A DNA stretch of 64,000 bases from Candidatus Kerfeldbacteria bacterium CG15_BIG_FIL_POST_REV_8_21_14_020_45_12. Lineage in GTDB: Bacteria > Patescibacteriota > Patescibacteriia > UBA9570 > XYC2-FULL-38-9. Both the position numbers and the translations under genes were made by a program. This document shows, in pieces, positions 27,637-37,723 of the stretch. Numbering within the stretch: position 1 is the first letter of the stretch; every line of letters begins with the position of its first letter. The stretch is taken from the NCBI GenBank assembly GCA_002781785.1, contig PFGC01000037.1, forward strand, positions 13,589 to 77,588. Direction: 5' to 3'. The notes under the pieces are model-generated. The model saw only the letters and a list, made by a program, of their open reading frames with translations. It did no database searches and was not told the DNA's origin.

Positions 27637-29139
27637 ATGGTCAGTAAAAGAGCTCACACAAATTATCTACCAACCGTTTTTACTATATTTGGTATTACTG
27701 GTGACCTAGCTAAACGTAAGCTGATTCCAGCTATTTATCACTTGTATTGTCATGGCTTGTTGCCAGAGGAAATTCATTTTGTAGGAGTAGGGCGACGGGA
27801 TTTATCGCTAGGTGATTACGGAGAAATGATTAAGCAAAGCGTAACTTATGCTGAAGGCAAGGTAGACGCAGACAAGCTGGCAAGTTTTGCGGCTCTATTT
27901 TCATATGTTGAAGGTGATATTAAGAGCCCAAAGGCATACGCTGATATTGGACAGGAGATTGCCAAGAGAGATAAAGATTGTGGCCATGGCCATCAGACGG
28001 TATTTTATTTGGCAGTGGCTCCGCAGATGTTTATCAGGATTATTGAGCACTTGAAGGAAGCTAGCTTAACGGGACCTTGTTATGAGCTAGGCATTAAGGG
28101 AAAGATAGTAATTGAAAAACCGTTTGGTCACAGTGTTGAGTCGGCCCGTCAGTTAAGTGAAGCTGTCATGACTTATGCTGACGAAGAGCAGATTTATCGA
28201 ATGGATCATTACCTAGGCAAGGAGACAGTTCAAAATATATTATTGTTTCGATTTACCAATCCAGTTATTAATGATTCTTGGAATCCTGAGGCGATAGATC
28301 ATATTCAAATCACCGCCTCTGAGGATATAGGAGTAGAGGATCGAGCTGGTTATTATGATAGCTCTGGAGCGCTTCGTGACATGATTCAGAGTCATTGTTT
28401 AGCGCTAGCCACTTTAGTGATGATGGATGAGCCAATGAGTTTGAATTCGGCTGATATCCATCGGCGTAAGGTTGAAATGTTGCAAACTTTTTCATTAGAT
28501 TCTAATCCAGCTGAGTCAGCGGTGCGAGCTCAGTACGATGGTTATAGAGCTATAGAAACTGTGGCTGAGCATTCTGTAACGGAAACTTTTGCCGCCATGC
28601 AATTAAAATCTTCTCATCCACGGTGGAAGGATGTACCTATTTTTATTAGGACTGGTAAGCGGATGGCTCAAAAGGAAACCAATATTGCTATTCATTTTGC
28701 ACCATGTAAATCTGATATCTGTAAGGCTGTCGGCATTAGAACAGAACCAAATGTCTTAAATATTCGAGTACAGCCTATGGAAGGAATAGGTTTATTATTG
28801 TATGCTAAGAAACCAGGTTTTTCTATTGAGACTGAGCAGGTCTATATGAATTTTACCTATCAGACTGAATTTACTGATGAACAGCCCTCGCCGTATGAGC
28901 GCTTGATCCATGATGTAATTATTGGTGACCAGTCACTCTTTCCAACCACTGAGGAAGTCATGGAACAATGGCGGATTGTTCAGCCAGTGCTTGACGCATG
29001 GAGTGATCAAGCTTTACCGATGCATAGTTACGCTCCGGGTGAGGATGGTCCGCAAGCAGCTCATGATTTGATAGGTCAGTGGCACGATTCAACTTGGACA
29101 GCAGGTGTGGGAAAACAAATGAATAGTGATGCTCAATGA
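27637..29139 (+). CDS. zwf: Glucose-6-phosphate 1-dehydrogenase
   Basis: FGITGDLAKRKLIPA, IEKPFG, RMDHYLGKETVQN, RTGKRM. Confidence 0.97.
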   Translation: MVSKRAHTNYLPTVFTIFGITGDLAKRKLIPAIYHLYCHGLLPEEIHFVGVGRRDLSLGDYGEMIKQSVTYAEGKVDADKLASFAALFSYVEGDIKSPKAYADIGQEIAKRDKDCGHGHQTVFYLAVAPQMFIRIIEHLKEASLTGPCYELGIKGKIVIEKPFGHSVESARQLSEAVMTYADEEQIYRMDHYLGKETVQNILLFRFTNPVINDSWNPEAIDHIQITASEDIGVEDRAGYYDSSGALRDMIQSHCLALATLVMMDEPMSLNSADIHRRKVEMLQTFSLDSNPAESAVRAQYDGYRAIETVAEHSVTETFAAMQLKSSHPRWKDVPIFIRTGKRMAQKETNIAIHFAPCKSDICKAVGIRTEPNVLNIRVQPMEGIGLLLYAKKPGFSIETEQVYMNFTYQTEFTDEQPSPYERLIHDVIIGDQSLFPTTEEVMEQWRIVQPVLDAWSDQALPMHSYAPGEDGPQAAHDLIGQWHDSTWTAGVGKQMNSDAQ

Positions 29140-29205
29140 GACTTGCTTGACAAAGTAAATATTTCAAGTAGTCTCAGTAATATCTAATTCATCCCTCGAC
29201 TGCAT

Positions 29206-29379
29206 ATGGCAGATTATCAGTACAACCGAGAGACGCTCCTGGTTCGCATGAACGCAGGAATCAGTCAGGCTGTTTTTGCTATGGTCCGCTTCATGGTAGG
29301 TGGCCAGAGCGCAGGCGTTCCCGCTGCTGTTATGGCAGAAGATGCGCGTCGGAGTAGGGTGAATCACGTTCAATCGTAG
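29206..29379 (+). CDS. 57-aa leader ORF of a putative attenuator upstream of the ABC exporter
   Basis: TTGACA-16-TAGTCT promoter (29147-29174); ORF MADYQYNRETLLVRM...RRSRVNHVQS; stop lies inside a 10-bp hairpin. Confidence 0.55.
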   Translation: MADYQYNRETLLVRMNAGISQAVFAMVRFMVGGQSAGVPAAVMAEDARRSRVNHVQS

Positions 29380-29402
29380 ATAACGATTGAACAGAAGTCA
29401 TT

Positions 29403-29433
29403 AAACCCTCTCCGGCCCCGGTGAGGGTTTTTT
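29403..29433 (+). terminator. Terminator 12 nt upstream of the ABC transporter start
   Basis: aaaccctc-tccggccccggt-gagggtttttt. Confidence 0.8.
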
Positions 29434-29445
29434 AAAATCACAACT

Positions 29446-31221
29446 ATGAAATCATTCAATTCAATACAAACTAATTTACGCTATATTTGGCCATATATTT
29501 GGCGATATCGAAAGTGGTCAGCTCTGGTTATTCTCTTTGTCTTGCTGAAAGAGTTATCGGTACTGGGAGAGCCGTTAATTTATCGTCAGGTCATCCTGGT
29601 CTTTGAATCGTTATTTGCCCTTGAAATTACCCATGACTTAGCTATCCAAAAAACCATCTTCTTAATCATTGGCTTTGTTTGCCTGCAGGGGTTGGTCATT
29701 GTCTCTAACGGTTTGATGTTACATTTTACCAATCGCTTGGATGCTTCAGCTATGCGAGATGGTGCAAACGACTTTGTTGGTAAGGTGCTTAACTTATCAT
29801 TTAGGTTTCACTCCGAACGTAAAACTGGAAAACTAGCCAAGGAATTTGCTCGGGGTGTTAATGGTATTGAGGCATTTCTGGATGCCTTTGTCTTCAACCT
29901 AATACCGTTGTTAATTCGTTTGACTGTAATATTCATTGTCTACGTTGTTATTGAGTGGCGCATTGCTCTGGTTCTGTTGGTTCAAGCTATTGTATTTTGT
30001 GTCTTCACGATTATCGCCTCTATCAAAATGCAGCATCGGCGTGATACCGCTAATTCGTTCGACGATGAAGGTTCAAGAAAGGCGATGGATGCTCTAATGA
30101 ATGCGGAGGTAGTTAAGTACTTTCATCAAGAACAAGAAGAGATAAAGTCATTCAAAAAGACTAGGCAGGTTTGGAAAGACAACAAGCAGTATGAGTGGGA
30201 CGGTTGGAAATGGGTTAGTAGCGGCCAGATTCTGATTAACGTCTCTTCGGTCGTAATACTATTGATGATAGCTATCCCATTACTTATATCTGGAGATATG
30301 GGCCTAGCTAACTTCGTCTTGGTGATCAGTTACCTTGGTTACCTTGTTGGTATCTTGTGGGACTTTCAGCATCACGTTCGTCGTTTGCAAGAAGCTCTAA
30401 CCGATTTAACCGCCTTCTTCAGCTACTTTGGAAAGGAGAATGAAATCTCCGATGCAGCTTCAGCTAAAACATTAGAAGTTAAGCAGGGCTTAATCCGTTT
30501 TGAACAGGTGCAGTTTGCCTACCAGGGAAGTAGTGGAGTGTTTGAGGATCTATCTTTCACAGTGCCGGCTGGAAAGAGTGTTGCGCTGGTTGGTCCATCG
30601 GGAGTTGGTAAGTCAACTATCATAAAAATGTTATATAGGTTTTATGAACCAACTGGCGGGTATATCACGATTGATGGTCAAAACATTAACGAGGTAACCC
30701 AGCAATCATTGAGGCAGCAGTTGTCCATTGTGCCGCAAGAAACAGCGCTGTTTAATGAAACGGTTGCTTACAACATTGCTTACGGTACTAAGGCTGTTAC
30801 CCGAGAACAGATTGAAACAGCGGCTCGCGAGGCCCACGCCGACGAACTGATTGCCAACTTACCACAAGGTTATGATACCTTGGTTGGTGAAAGAGGTGTG
30901 AAGTTGTCAGGTGGGGAGAAGCAGCGTATTGCCATAGCTCGAGCCTTCCTGCGCGACGCGCCAATCCTAGTATTAGACGAAGCTACCTCAAGTTTGGATT
31001 CAGCCTCAGAGGCAGAAATTCAACTGGCGCTTAAAGGCTTAATGAATGGTAGAACCACTCTAATTATTGCTCATCGATTATCGACAATAATGTCGGCCGA
31101 TCTGATAATTGTGCTCAGCGACGGTGGTATTGTTCAACAAGGGACACATGAGGAATTGCTAGAACATGGTGGATTATACCAAAAGCTTTGGGAACTCCAG
31201 GCTGGCGGTTATATCGAATAG
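29446..31221 (+). CDS. ABC exporter half-transporter (TMD+NBD; Atm1/MsbA/multidrug-like)
   Basis: Six TM segments, GPSGVGKST, LSGGEKQRIAIAR, LVLDEATSSLD, IAHRLST. Confidence 0.95.
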   Translation: MKSFNSIQTNLRYIWPYIWRYRKWSALVILFVLLKELSVLGEPLIYRQVILVFESLFALEITHDLAIQKTIFLIIGFVCLQGLVIVSNGLMLHFTNRLDASAMRDGANDFVGKVLNLSFRFHSERKTGKLAKEFARGVNGIEAFLDAFVFNLIPLLIRLTVIFIVYVVIEWRIALVLLVQAIVFCVFTIIASIKMQHRRDTANSFDDEGSRKAMDALMNAEVVKYFHQEQEEIKSFKKTRQVWKDNKQYEWDGWKWVSSGQILINVSSVVILLMIAIPLLISGDMGLANFVLVISYLGYLVGILWDFQHHVRRLQEALTDLTAFFSYFGKENEISDAASAKTLEVKQGLIRFEQVQFAYQGSSGVFEDLSFTVPAGKSVALVGPSGVGKSTIIKMLYRFYEPTGGYITIDGQNINEVTQQSLRQQLSIVPQETALFNETVAYNIAYGTKAVTREQIETAAREAHADELIANLPQGYDTLVGERGVKLSGGEKQRIAIARAFLRDAPILVLDEATSSLDSASEAEIQLALKGLMNGRTTLIIAHRLSTIMSADLIIVLSDGGIVQQGTHEELLEHGGLYQKLWELQAGGYIE

Positions 31222-31292
31222 AATTGAGGCGCTCTATTGGTGGGGCGCTTCTTTTCTTTGCCAAAAATGCCTAGTATGGTATGTAGTGTTAT

Positions 31293-32447
31293 ATGAATAC
31301 TGTTAGCAAAGAAATAATTTATCTGGATCATGCTGCTACAACCCCAGTTCGGGAAGAAGTTGCGGCAGCGATGTTGTCCTGGCAGGCAGTAGAATTTGGA
31401 AACCCCTCAAGTCAGTATAGTTTGGGTTATTCAGCGCGGCAGGCGCTTGATGACGCTAGGGCTCAGGTAGCCGCAGCTTTAGGTTGCTCACCGCAAGAGG
31501 TTGTTTTTACCGGCGGTGGAACTGAGAGTGCCAATTTGGCAGTTTTGGGTTCAGCTAGATTTATTGGGCAGGGGAGTGTAGTGACCACTGCTATTGAGCA
31601 TGCTGCCGTTTTGGATAGCTGTCAGCAACTTGAGCGGGAAGGATTTACTCGCAAAATAGTTAAGGTGCCAAAAAACGGAATTGTTGATGCTCACTCAGTC
31701 GCAGCTATGGTGGATGAATCAACGGTGTTGGTGAGTGTGATGTTGGCTAATAATGAAATCGGAACCATTCAACCAGTTTCTAAAATTGTTCAGGCGGTTA
31801 AAGCTAAAAATCCAAAAACGTTAGTTCATACCGATGCTTGCCAGGCTACGGGATCCTTGAGTATTAATGTTGATGAGCTGGGAGTTGATTTGTTAACCTT
31901 AAATTCTAGTAAGATTTATGGTCCAAAGGGAGTTGGCGCTTTGTATGTGAAACGTGGTGTTAAGCTGCAGCCGCTAATGTTTGGTGGCGACCAAGAGCAG
32001 TCCCTGCGGCCAGGTACAGAAAATGTTTCTGGTATTGTCGGATTTGGTTTAGCGGTAGAGCTAGCTGTTGCAGAACGTGAGACTGAGAGTGAACGCCTGA
32101 GCAAATTGCGAGATGAGTTAATTGATGAGCTTATTCAGAAAATTCCAGGAGCAGAGCTAAATGGTGCCCGTGAACCGCGACTGCCCAATAATATTAATAT
32201 ATTTTTTCCAAATATTGATGGTGAAGCGTTGCTGGTGTATCTTAATCAGGCGGGGGTAGCCGCTTCATTAGGGTCGGCTTGTGCCGCCGGATCGCTTGAT
32301 CCGTCACACGTACTGTTGGCACTGGGCTATTCCAAAGCAGATGCTCGTCGTAGTCTACGGCTAACCCTTGGTCGGGCGACTACTAGTCAACAGATTGATA
32401 GAGTAATTAAAATCGTTGTTGATATTATTAACAAAGTGACTCAATAA
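31293..32447 (+). CDS. iscS: Cysteine desulfurase, IscS/NifS type
   Basis: YLDHAATT, GNPSS, ANNEIGTIQP, KIYGPKG, GSAC. Confidence 0.92.
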   Translation: MNTVSKEIIYLDHAATTPVREEVAAAMLSWQAVEFGNPSSQYSLGYSARQALDDARAQVAAALGCSPQEVVFTGGGTESANLAVLGSARFIGQGSVVTTAIEHAAVLDSCQQLEREGFTRKIVKVPKNGIVDAHSVAAMVDESTVLVSVMLANNEIGTIQPVSKIVQAVKAKNPKTLVHTDACQATGSLSINVDELGVDLLTLNSSKIYGPKGVGALYVKRGVKLQPLMFGGDQEQSLRPGTENVSGIVGFGLAVELAVAERETESERLSKLRDELIDELIQKIPGAELNGAREPRLPNNINIFFPNIDGEALLVYLNQAGVAASLGSACAAGSLDPSHVLLALGYSKADARRSLRLTLGRATTSQQIDRVIKIVVDIINKVTQ

Positions 32448-32452
32448 ATATT

Positions 32453-32674
32453 ATGGCTTATTCCGTAGAGGTTATTCGTGAGGCTTGTATCGGCGCTGGT
32501 AGTTGCGCTGTGTTGGCGGCTGGAACCATCGAGATGGACGATGAGAACATTGCTGTTGTCGTTAAACAGAATGGAGATTCTGACGAGGATATTTTGGCGG
32601 CCGCTCAGTCCTGCCCGGTGGACGCGATTATAGTGCGTGACGAGACTGGAAATCAAATTTGGCCAGAGGCTTAG
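32453..32674 (+). CDS. Single-cluster ferredoxin, probably [3Fe-4S]
   Basis: CIGAGSC (CxxAxxC) and SCPVDAI. Confidence 0.9.
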   Translation: MAYSVEVIREACIGAGSCAVLAAGTIEMDDENIAVVVKQNGDSDEDILAAAQSCPVDAIIVRDETGNQIWPEA

Positions 32675-32769
32675 TTAGTTTTTTTGCACGTACAGACATT
32701 GACGAAATTGTCTTTTTTTGCTACAATAGATACAGAACGTAAATAAAAAGAAAAACAAACAAAAAAGGT

Positions 32770-32880
32770 ATGCAGATCGATCATAGGACCGAGCGCTTGA
32801 TGTTTCGCATCTCTGTGCTCTTTGTCGGGGTGTCTAGCTTGCTAACACTGGCTATGATATCGCCGATGGTAATAGGGTAA
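32770..32880 (+). CDS. Unannotated 36-aa single-TM peptide MQIDHRTERLMFRISVLFVGVSSLLTLAMISPMVIG
   Basis: Own promoter TTGACG-17-TACAAT (32699-32727), A-rich leader, terminator accccgca/tgcggggttttt at about 32902-32925. Confidence 0.65.
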   Translation: MQIDHRTERLMFRISVLFVGVSSLLTLAMISPMVIG

Positions 32881-32968
32881 GTTATATAAAATAGTCTTAC
32901 CACCCCGCAGTTTTGCGGGGTTTTTAGTAAAAAAAAGAAGCCCGGTCGATCGCAGGTGATCGAACGGA

Positions 32969-33499
32969 CTAGTGGCTCGCGAAGCTCAGGCTGGGGCGAG
33001 TAGCGCCGCCAAAGTGCTCGGCGAGCCACGAGCGCATCTTGTCGGTCGGGAAGGGGGCGATGTTGCCAGTTCCCGGATCGCGGACGAGCTGCAGCCAGCC
33101 TTCGGTGTAGGCCCAGTCCCCGGGGAGGACGGGGAAGCTGGCGCGGAAGCGGTGTCCGACAGGGTCGGGAAGCCCGAAGCGAGCGTCTCCGAGGTCGTTC
33201 TGGATGACGGCCATTGCGGAGGTGTTGTCGCCGTACTGGCGCAGGACGGCCACGCAGAGCAGGCAGTCCCAGCAGCGGCCGGGGCCAAGCAGGTCGGGCA
33301 GTCGCCGCCATTCCAGCCGATCGGTGCTCAGGGGTACCGCTGTGTTGGGATGCTCCCATCGGACGATGCCCTGGTGGATGGCGACTGTAATCGGCCACAG
33401 GGTGCCGATGATCGAGTGCGCCCTGAGATCGCGGAGGGCATGGGGTGAGGAGGGGGGCCCTTCGGCGGTGGGCACCCAGGTTGCAGGACGATGCTTCAT
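32969..33499 (-). CDS. Hypothetical protein, 176 aa (GC-rich unit)
   Basis: GGAG 5 nt before ATG; promoter TTGACG-17-TACATA (33600-33572); hairpin and U-tract after the stop (32968-32928). Confidence 0.65.
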   Translation of the reverse strand: MKHRPATWVPTAEGPPSSPHALRDLRAHSIIGTLWPITVAIHQGIVRWEHPNTAVPLSTDRLEWRRLPDLLGPGRCWDCLLCVAVLRQYGDNTSAMAVIQNDLGDARFGLPDPVGHRFRASFPVLPGDWAYTEGWLQLVRDPGTGNIAPFPTDKMRSWLAEHFGGATRPSLSFASH

Positions 33500-33614
33500 C
33501 GAGACTCCACGGGTTTGTCGGCTTACTGTCTGCCGAGCTGAGGAAACGAACACCTCAATGGGTGTTGCCTGTATGTATCAAGAATACCCTGGCTCGTCAA
33601 TGATTCGGCCCCTC

Positions 33615-33642
33615 TTGACACTGCAAAATAGGTGAGTATACT
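33615..33642 (+). promoter_or_regulatory. Promoter of the hrcA-grpE-dnaK operon
   Basis: TTGACA-16-TATACT. Confidence 0.8.
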
Positions 33643-33646
33643 GCTA

Positions 33647-33673
33647 TTAGCACTCAGCCAATGAGAGTGCTAA
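33647..33673. promoter_or_regulatory. CIRCE operator (HrcA site)
   Basis: Perfect TTAGCACTC-N9-GAGTGCTAA upstream of hrcA. Confidence 0.98.
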
Positions 33674-33697
33674 ATCAGGCACTAAATCCCTGGAAAT

Positions 33698-34423
33698 ATG
33701 GGAAAAAAAGAACGACAAGAGAACTTACTCCGGGTCATTGTGCAGGAGTATATTGCCACCGCAAAGCCAGTTAGCTCCAAGCAGCTGGTGGAGAGTGGTG
33801 AGTTTGATTGTTCCCCAGCTACTTTGAGGAATGACATGGCTGAGTTAGAGGGCGAGGGCTTTATCGCTCAACCGCATACTTCGGCCGGACGCGTTCCAAC
33901 TGAAAAGGGCTATCAGTACTATATTAAGCACTTTATCGTGCCACAGCAATTAAAGGGTGCGCGAAAAGAGGCGATTGATCAGGCCGTGCAACGTCAGCCG
34001 GATGAGCGACAACTGCTCAAGGTGTTGGCCAAAACGCTAGCTGATCTGACCGACGAGACGGTCGTAATATCAATGTCCGGGCAAAACTATTACTACACTG
34101 GCATTGCGCATATGTTCCGAAAGCCGGAATTTGCTGCCCAAGCCGATTTGCTACAGGAGATTGGTGAAATGTTCGACCAAATCGACGAGGTTATGAAACA
34201 AGTTAACCATTCGGTTAGCCGCACCATGCAGGTCTTGGTTGGTCGGGAAAATCCTTTTTCGCACAACTGTTCAATGATTGTCTCCGAGCATCGCTTGGCA
34301 GACGAACAGGCAGGGGTGTTAGGGATTGTTGGACCGATGCGCATGGACTATGACGCCAACATTGCAATGTTGTCTTATGTCGAATCATTAATGGATGACT
34401 TATACGATGAGTACCGACGATAA
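33698..34423 (+). CDS. hrcA: Heat-inducible transcription repressor HrcA (short form)
   Basis: SPATLRNDMAELE, QPHTSAGRVPT, GIVGPMRMDY. Confidence 0.95.
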   Translation: MGKKERQENLLRVIVQEYIATAKPVSSKQLVESGEFDCSPATLRNDMAELEGEGFIAQPHTSAGRVPTEKGYQYYIKHFIVPQQLKGARKEAIDQAVQRQPDERQLLKVLAKTLADLTDETVVISMSGQNYYYTGIAHMFRKPEFAAQADLLQEIGEMFDQIDEVMKQVNHSVSRTMQVLVGRENPFSHNCSMIVSEHRLADEQAGVLGIVGPMRMDYDANIAMLSYVESLMDDLYDEYRR

Positions 34424-34952
34424 TAAAACTTCGCAGGATCCGTTTGATCCAATCGCTGATCAGCCCAACGATGAGGCTGACACACGTAAAACAGCGAAGG
34501 CCAAGAAGAAAGATGAGCTGGTAACTTTAAAGGAGCAGTGCGCCGAGTATCTTGGGGGCTGGCAGCGAGCCAGGGCTGACTACGACAATTTACAGAGAGA
34601 AACCACCCGACGAATCGGCGAAACCATTAGACACGCTAATGAAGAGTTCATTCTTGAGCTACTGCCGATGGCTGATTACTTCTCTTATGCTTTCAAAGGT
34701 GTGCCAGAGGAAGATAGGGGATCAGACTGGCTGACCGGTATTGAGCACATTCAAACTAACTTCATGCGCATTATGGAAAGCCATGGTGTGACACCAATCG
34801 AAACAGTTGGACAGCCCTTTGATCCACATGTGCACGAAGCGCTCGAAGAGGTAGCTGGAGGCGAGAGTGGAATCATTGCCGAGGAAGTAGCTGCGGGGTT
34901 CAAGTTAAACGACAAGGTGATTCGTATCGCCAAAGTCAAAATCTATAAATAA
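34407..34952 (+). CDS. grpE: Nucleotide exchange factor GrpE
   Basis: WQRARADYDN, FDPHVHEA, GFKLNDKVIR.AKV. Confidence 0.96.
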   Translation: MSTDDNKTSQDPFDPIADQPNDEADTRKTAKAKKKDELVTLKEQCAEYLGGWQRARADYDNLQRETTRRIGETIRHANEEFILELLPMADYFSYAFKGVPEEDRGSDWLTGIEHIQTNFMRIMESHGVTPIETVGQPFDPHVHEALEEVAGGESGIIAEEVAAGFKLNDKVIRIAKVKIYK

Positions 34953-34979
34953 TTACTGAAAATATCTAATACAACCACT

Positions 34980-36944
34980 ATGGGAAAAATTCTAGGAATC
35001 GATCTTGGAACCACGAACTCCTGTGTCGCGATTTTGGAGGGTGGTCAACCAAAGGTCATTGAAAACAAAGAAGGTAACCGTACTACACCTTCTATTGTAG
35101 CAGAGAGTAAAACTGGCGAACTGATCGTTGGACTGGCTGCTAAACGACAAGCGGTAACTAATCCAGAAAATACAGTCTTTTCAGTTAAGCGACTAATTGG
35201 TCGCCGTTGGGAAGACGAAGAAGTTCAAAAAGATGTAAAGCTGATGCCGTATGAGATCAAGCACGAGGGTGATCGCGTGACGGTAAAGATGGGGGAGAAG
35301 GAATATACTCCACAGGAAATCTCTGCAAAGATTTTACAGAAGCTAAAGACAGACGCTGAAGAAAAACTTGGTGAAAAAATTACCGAGGCGGTTATTACTG
35401 TGCCGGCTTATTTTGACGATTCACAGCGTCAGGCCACTAAGGATGCTGGAAAGATCGCTGGTCTGGATGTTAAGCGTATCATCAATGAACCGACAGCGGC
35501 GGCGTTGGCTTACGGATTTGATAAAAAGAAAGACGAAAAAATTATTGTATATGATTTGGGTGGCGGCACCTTTGATGTTTCTGTTCTAGAAGTTGGCTCT
35601 GACACCGTAGAGGTTCGGGCTACTCATGGCGACACTCATTTGGGTGGAGATGACTTCGACCAGATCTTGATTCACTGGATTTTAGAAGAGTACAAGAAGC
35701 AAGAAGGTGTTGATCTAGCCCAGGACAACCTGGCTTTACAGCGTTTAAAATCGGCTGCAGAAAAGGCGAAGATTGAACTGTCTAGTGCTATGGAGACAGA
35801 GATCAACGAGCCATTTATCGCTAACGATCCTTCCAGCGGACCAAAGCATTTGGTCATGAAGATTTCTCGAGCTAAGTTGGAGGAGCTGTGTGCTGATTTG
35901 GTAAAACGAACCTTTGGTCCAGTGGAAGAAGCTTTGAAAGACGCTGGAATGAGCAAGGGAGATATAAACGAAATCGTGCTGGTCGGTGGTCAGACTCGCA
36001 TGCCAATGATTCAACAGCAGGTAGAGGAGTACTTTGGCAAAAAGCCAAACTCCACTGTTAATCCTGACGAAGTTGTGGCCATGGGCGCAGCTGTTCAAGC
36101 TGGAGTACTGCAAGGAGATGTTAAAGATGTCTTACTGCTTGATGTTATTCCATTGTCACTTGGTATTGAAACCTTGGGTGGTGTAGCTACTAAGCTCATC
36201 GAACGTAATACTACTATCCCAACACAGAAACAGCAGATTTTTTCGACTGCCGCTGATAACCAAACTTCAGTTGAAGTACACGTTGTGCAGGGTGAGCGTG
36301 AGTTAGCTAACGATAACAAGTCTCTTGGAAGATTTATTCTCTCTGGCATTCCACCGTCTCCGCGTGGCGTTCCTCAAGTGGAAGTTGCCTTTGATGTGGA
36401 TGCTAACGGTATCTTGAATGTTACCGCTAAGGATAAAGCTACCAACAAAGAACAATCTATTCGGATTGAGGCTTCTAGTGGTTTGAGCGATGACGAGATT
36501 CAAAAAATGACCAAGGATGCTGAAGAGCACGCCGATGAAGATAGAAAGAAGAAGGAGTTAATCGAGTCAAAGAATATCGGTGAGACGATGATCTACACTA
36601 CTGAGAAGGCTTTGAAAGATGCGGAAGAGCACGTGAAGTCAGGTGAGATCAGTCAAGATGATGTAAAAAATATTCAAGACAAGATTGAGGACCTGAAAAA
36701 GAAGTTGGAAGGTGAAGACCTTGAGGCAATTAAAAAAGCTGGTGACGATTTATCAACGGCCGCTCAAAAAATTGGTGAGATTCTCTACGCTAAAGAACAG
36801 GAGAAATCTGGCGCGGAGGCAGGCGAAGGTGCTACTCCAGGCGAAGAAAAAACTGACGACGTGGTTGATGCTGACTTCGAAGAAAAAACAGACAACGAGT
36901 CAGAAGAAAAGTCAGACGATGCGGCGAAGGGTGAAGATAAATAG
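34980..36944 (+). CDS. dnaK: Chaperone DnaK
   Basis: [30 protein letters not shown]. Confidence 0.99.
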   Translation: MGKILGIDLGTTNSCVAILEGGQPKVIENKEGNRTTPSIVAESKTGELIVGLAAKRQAVTNPENTVFSVKRLIGRRWEDEEVQKDVKLMPYEIKHEGDRVTVKMGEKEYTPQEISAKILQKLKTDAEEKLGEKITEAVITVPAYFDDSQRQATKDAGKIAGLDVKRIINEPTAAALAYGFDKKKDEKIIVYDLGGGTFDVSVLEVGSDTVEVRATHGDTHLGGDDFDQILIHWILEEYKKQEGVDLAQDNLALQRLKSAAEKAKIELSSAMETEINEPFIANDPSSGPKHLVMKISRAKLEELCADLVKRTFGPVEEALKDAGMSKGDINEIVLVGGQTRMPMIQQQVEEYFGKKPNSTVNPDEVVAMGAAVQAGVLQGDVKDVLLLDVIPLSLGIETLGGVATKLIERNTTIPTQKQQIFSTAADNQTSVEVHVVQGERELANDNKSLGRFILSGIPPSPRGVPQVEVAFDVDANGILNVTAKDKATNKEQSIRIEASSGLSDDEIQKMTKDAEEHADEDRKKKELIESKNIGETMIYTTEKALKDAEEHVKSGEISQDDVKNIQDKIEDLKKKLEGEDLEAIKKAGDDLSTAAQKIGEILYAKEQEKSGAEAGEGATPGEEKTDDVVDADFEEKTDNESEEKSDDAAKGEDK

Positions 36945-36973
36945 TTTACTCTAGGTAAATAAAAACAAACCTT

Positions 36974-37630
36974 ATGAAGAAAGCTCATCTGCTCACCATT
37001 TCACTAATCACAGCTACTGCTTTAATGTATGCAGTTGGAACACAGGCAGTTAGTGATTCGCCAGCTGGATTTGTTGATACGCCACTTGATACCAAGCCAG
37101 TTAAGGCAATTGATAAGGATTCAGGAAAGGGTGTTGTCGTTCTAAAAAATAAACTGACCGGCAAAGAGCTGGAACGATTTACAGCTTTTAGTGGCGGCGG
37201 TGTTGATGCGCGCTTGGCTAACGTTGGTACGAGTGGTGAGCAGAAGGGTGTTTTGGCCATGCAAGAGCAAAAAGGCAAGTTTATGAAGTTGTACACGCGT
37301 GATGGAGAGTTATTAGCCACCCGCAAGGTGTCCAATAAAAAAGTGCATCATGAATACACCGCCGGTAAGTTAGTGGCAGACGATGATGAAAATTACATCG
37401 TAGCCGCGCGCAAAACTGGAAGTGATGATCAGGTTCTGTTGCTAGTTTATAGCTATAATGAAGACAACCGGACACTTGATCGAGTAACTTCCAAAACTGT
37501 AACTGGACTTGATAGCACAGTGATTGATGACGGCTTCGGTCTGATTATTGGTAAAAGGAAGTTGAAGTTAAATGATGAAAAGGGTAATAATCTAGCGACT
37601 CTGGAACTTGATGGTAGGACGTTACAATAA
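36974..37630 (+). CDS. Secreted beta-rich hypothetical protein between dnaK and dnaJ
   Basis: Signal peptide ending TQA; FTAFSGGGVDARLANV resembles a degenerate FG-GAP-like repeat. Confidence 0.65.
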   Translation: MKKAHLLTISLITATALMYAVGTQAVSDSPAGFVDTPLDTKPVKAIDKDSGKGVVVLKNKLTGKELERFTAFSGGGVDARLANVGTSGEQKGVLAMQEQKGKFMKLYTRDGELLATRKVSNKKVHHEYTAGKLVADDDENYIVAARKTGSDDQVLLLVYSYNEDNRTLDRVTSKTVTGLDSTVIDDGFGLIIGKRKLKLNDEKGNNLATLELDGRTLQ

Positions 37631-37662
37631 TAAGTTAATTAGGCTCGCTGCTTAACGGCGCC

Positions 37663-37692
37663 ACCCCGTCAGTCCAGTTGGGCTGACGGGGT
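37663..37692. repeat. GC-rich near-perfect palindrome (REP-like)
   Basis: accccgtcagtcca-gt-tgggctgacggggt; no U-tract. Confidence 0.6.
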
Positions 37693-37723
37693 CCCCGTCG
37701 CCTCGCGCGCTCGCAGTAAATTC

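Noticed and set aside
32781-33635. Overlapping ORFs 32781-33398(-), 32972-33448(+), 32986-33288(-), 33204-33635(+)
   Set aside because: Alternative frames of the GC-rich gene; only 33499-32969 has an SD and a terminator right after its stop.
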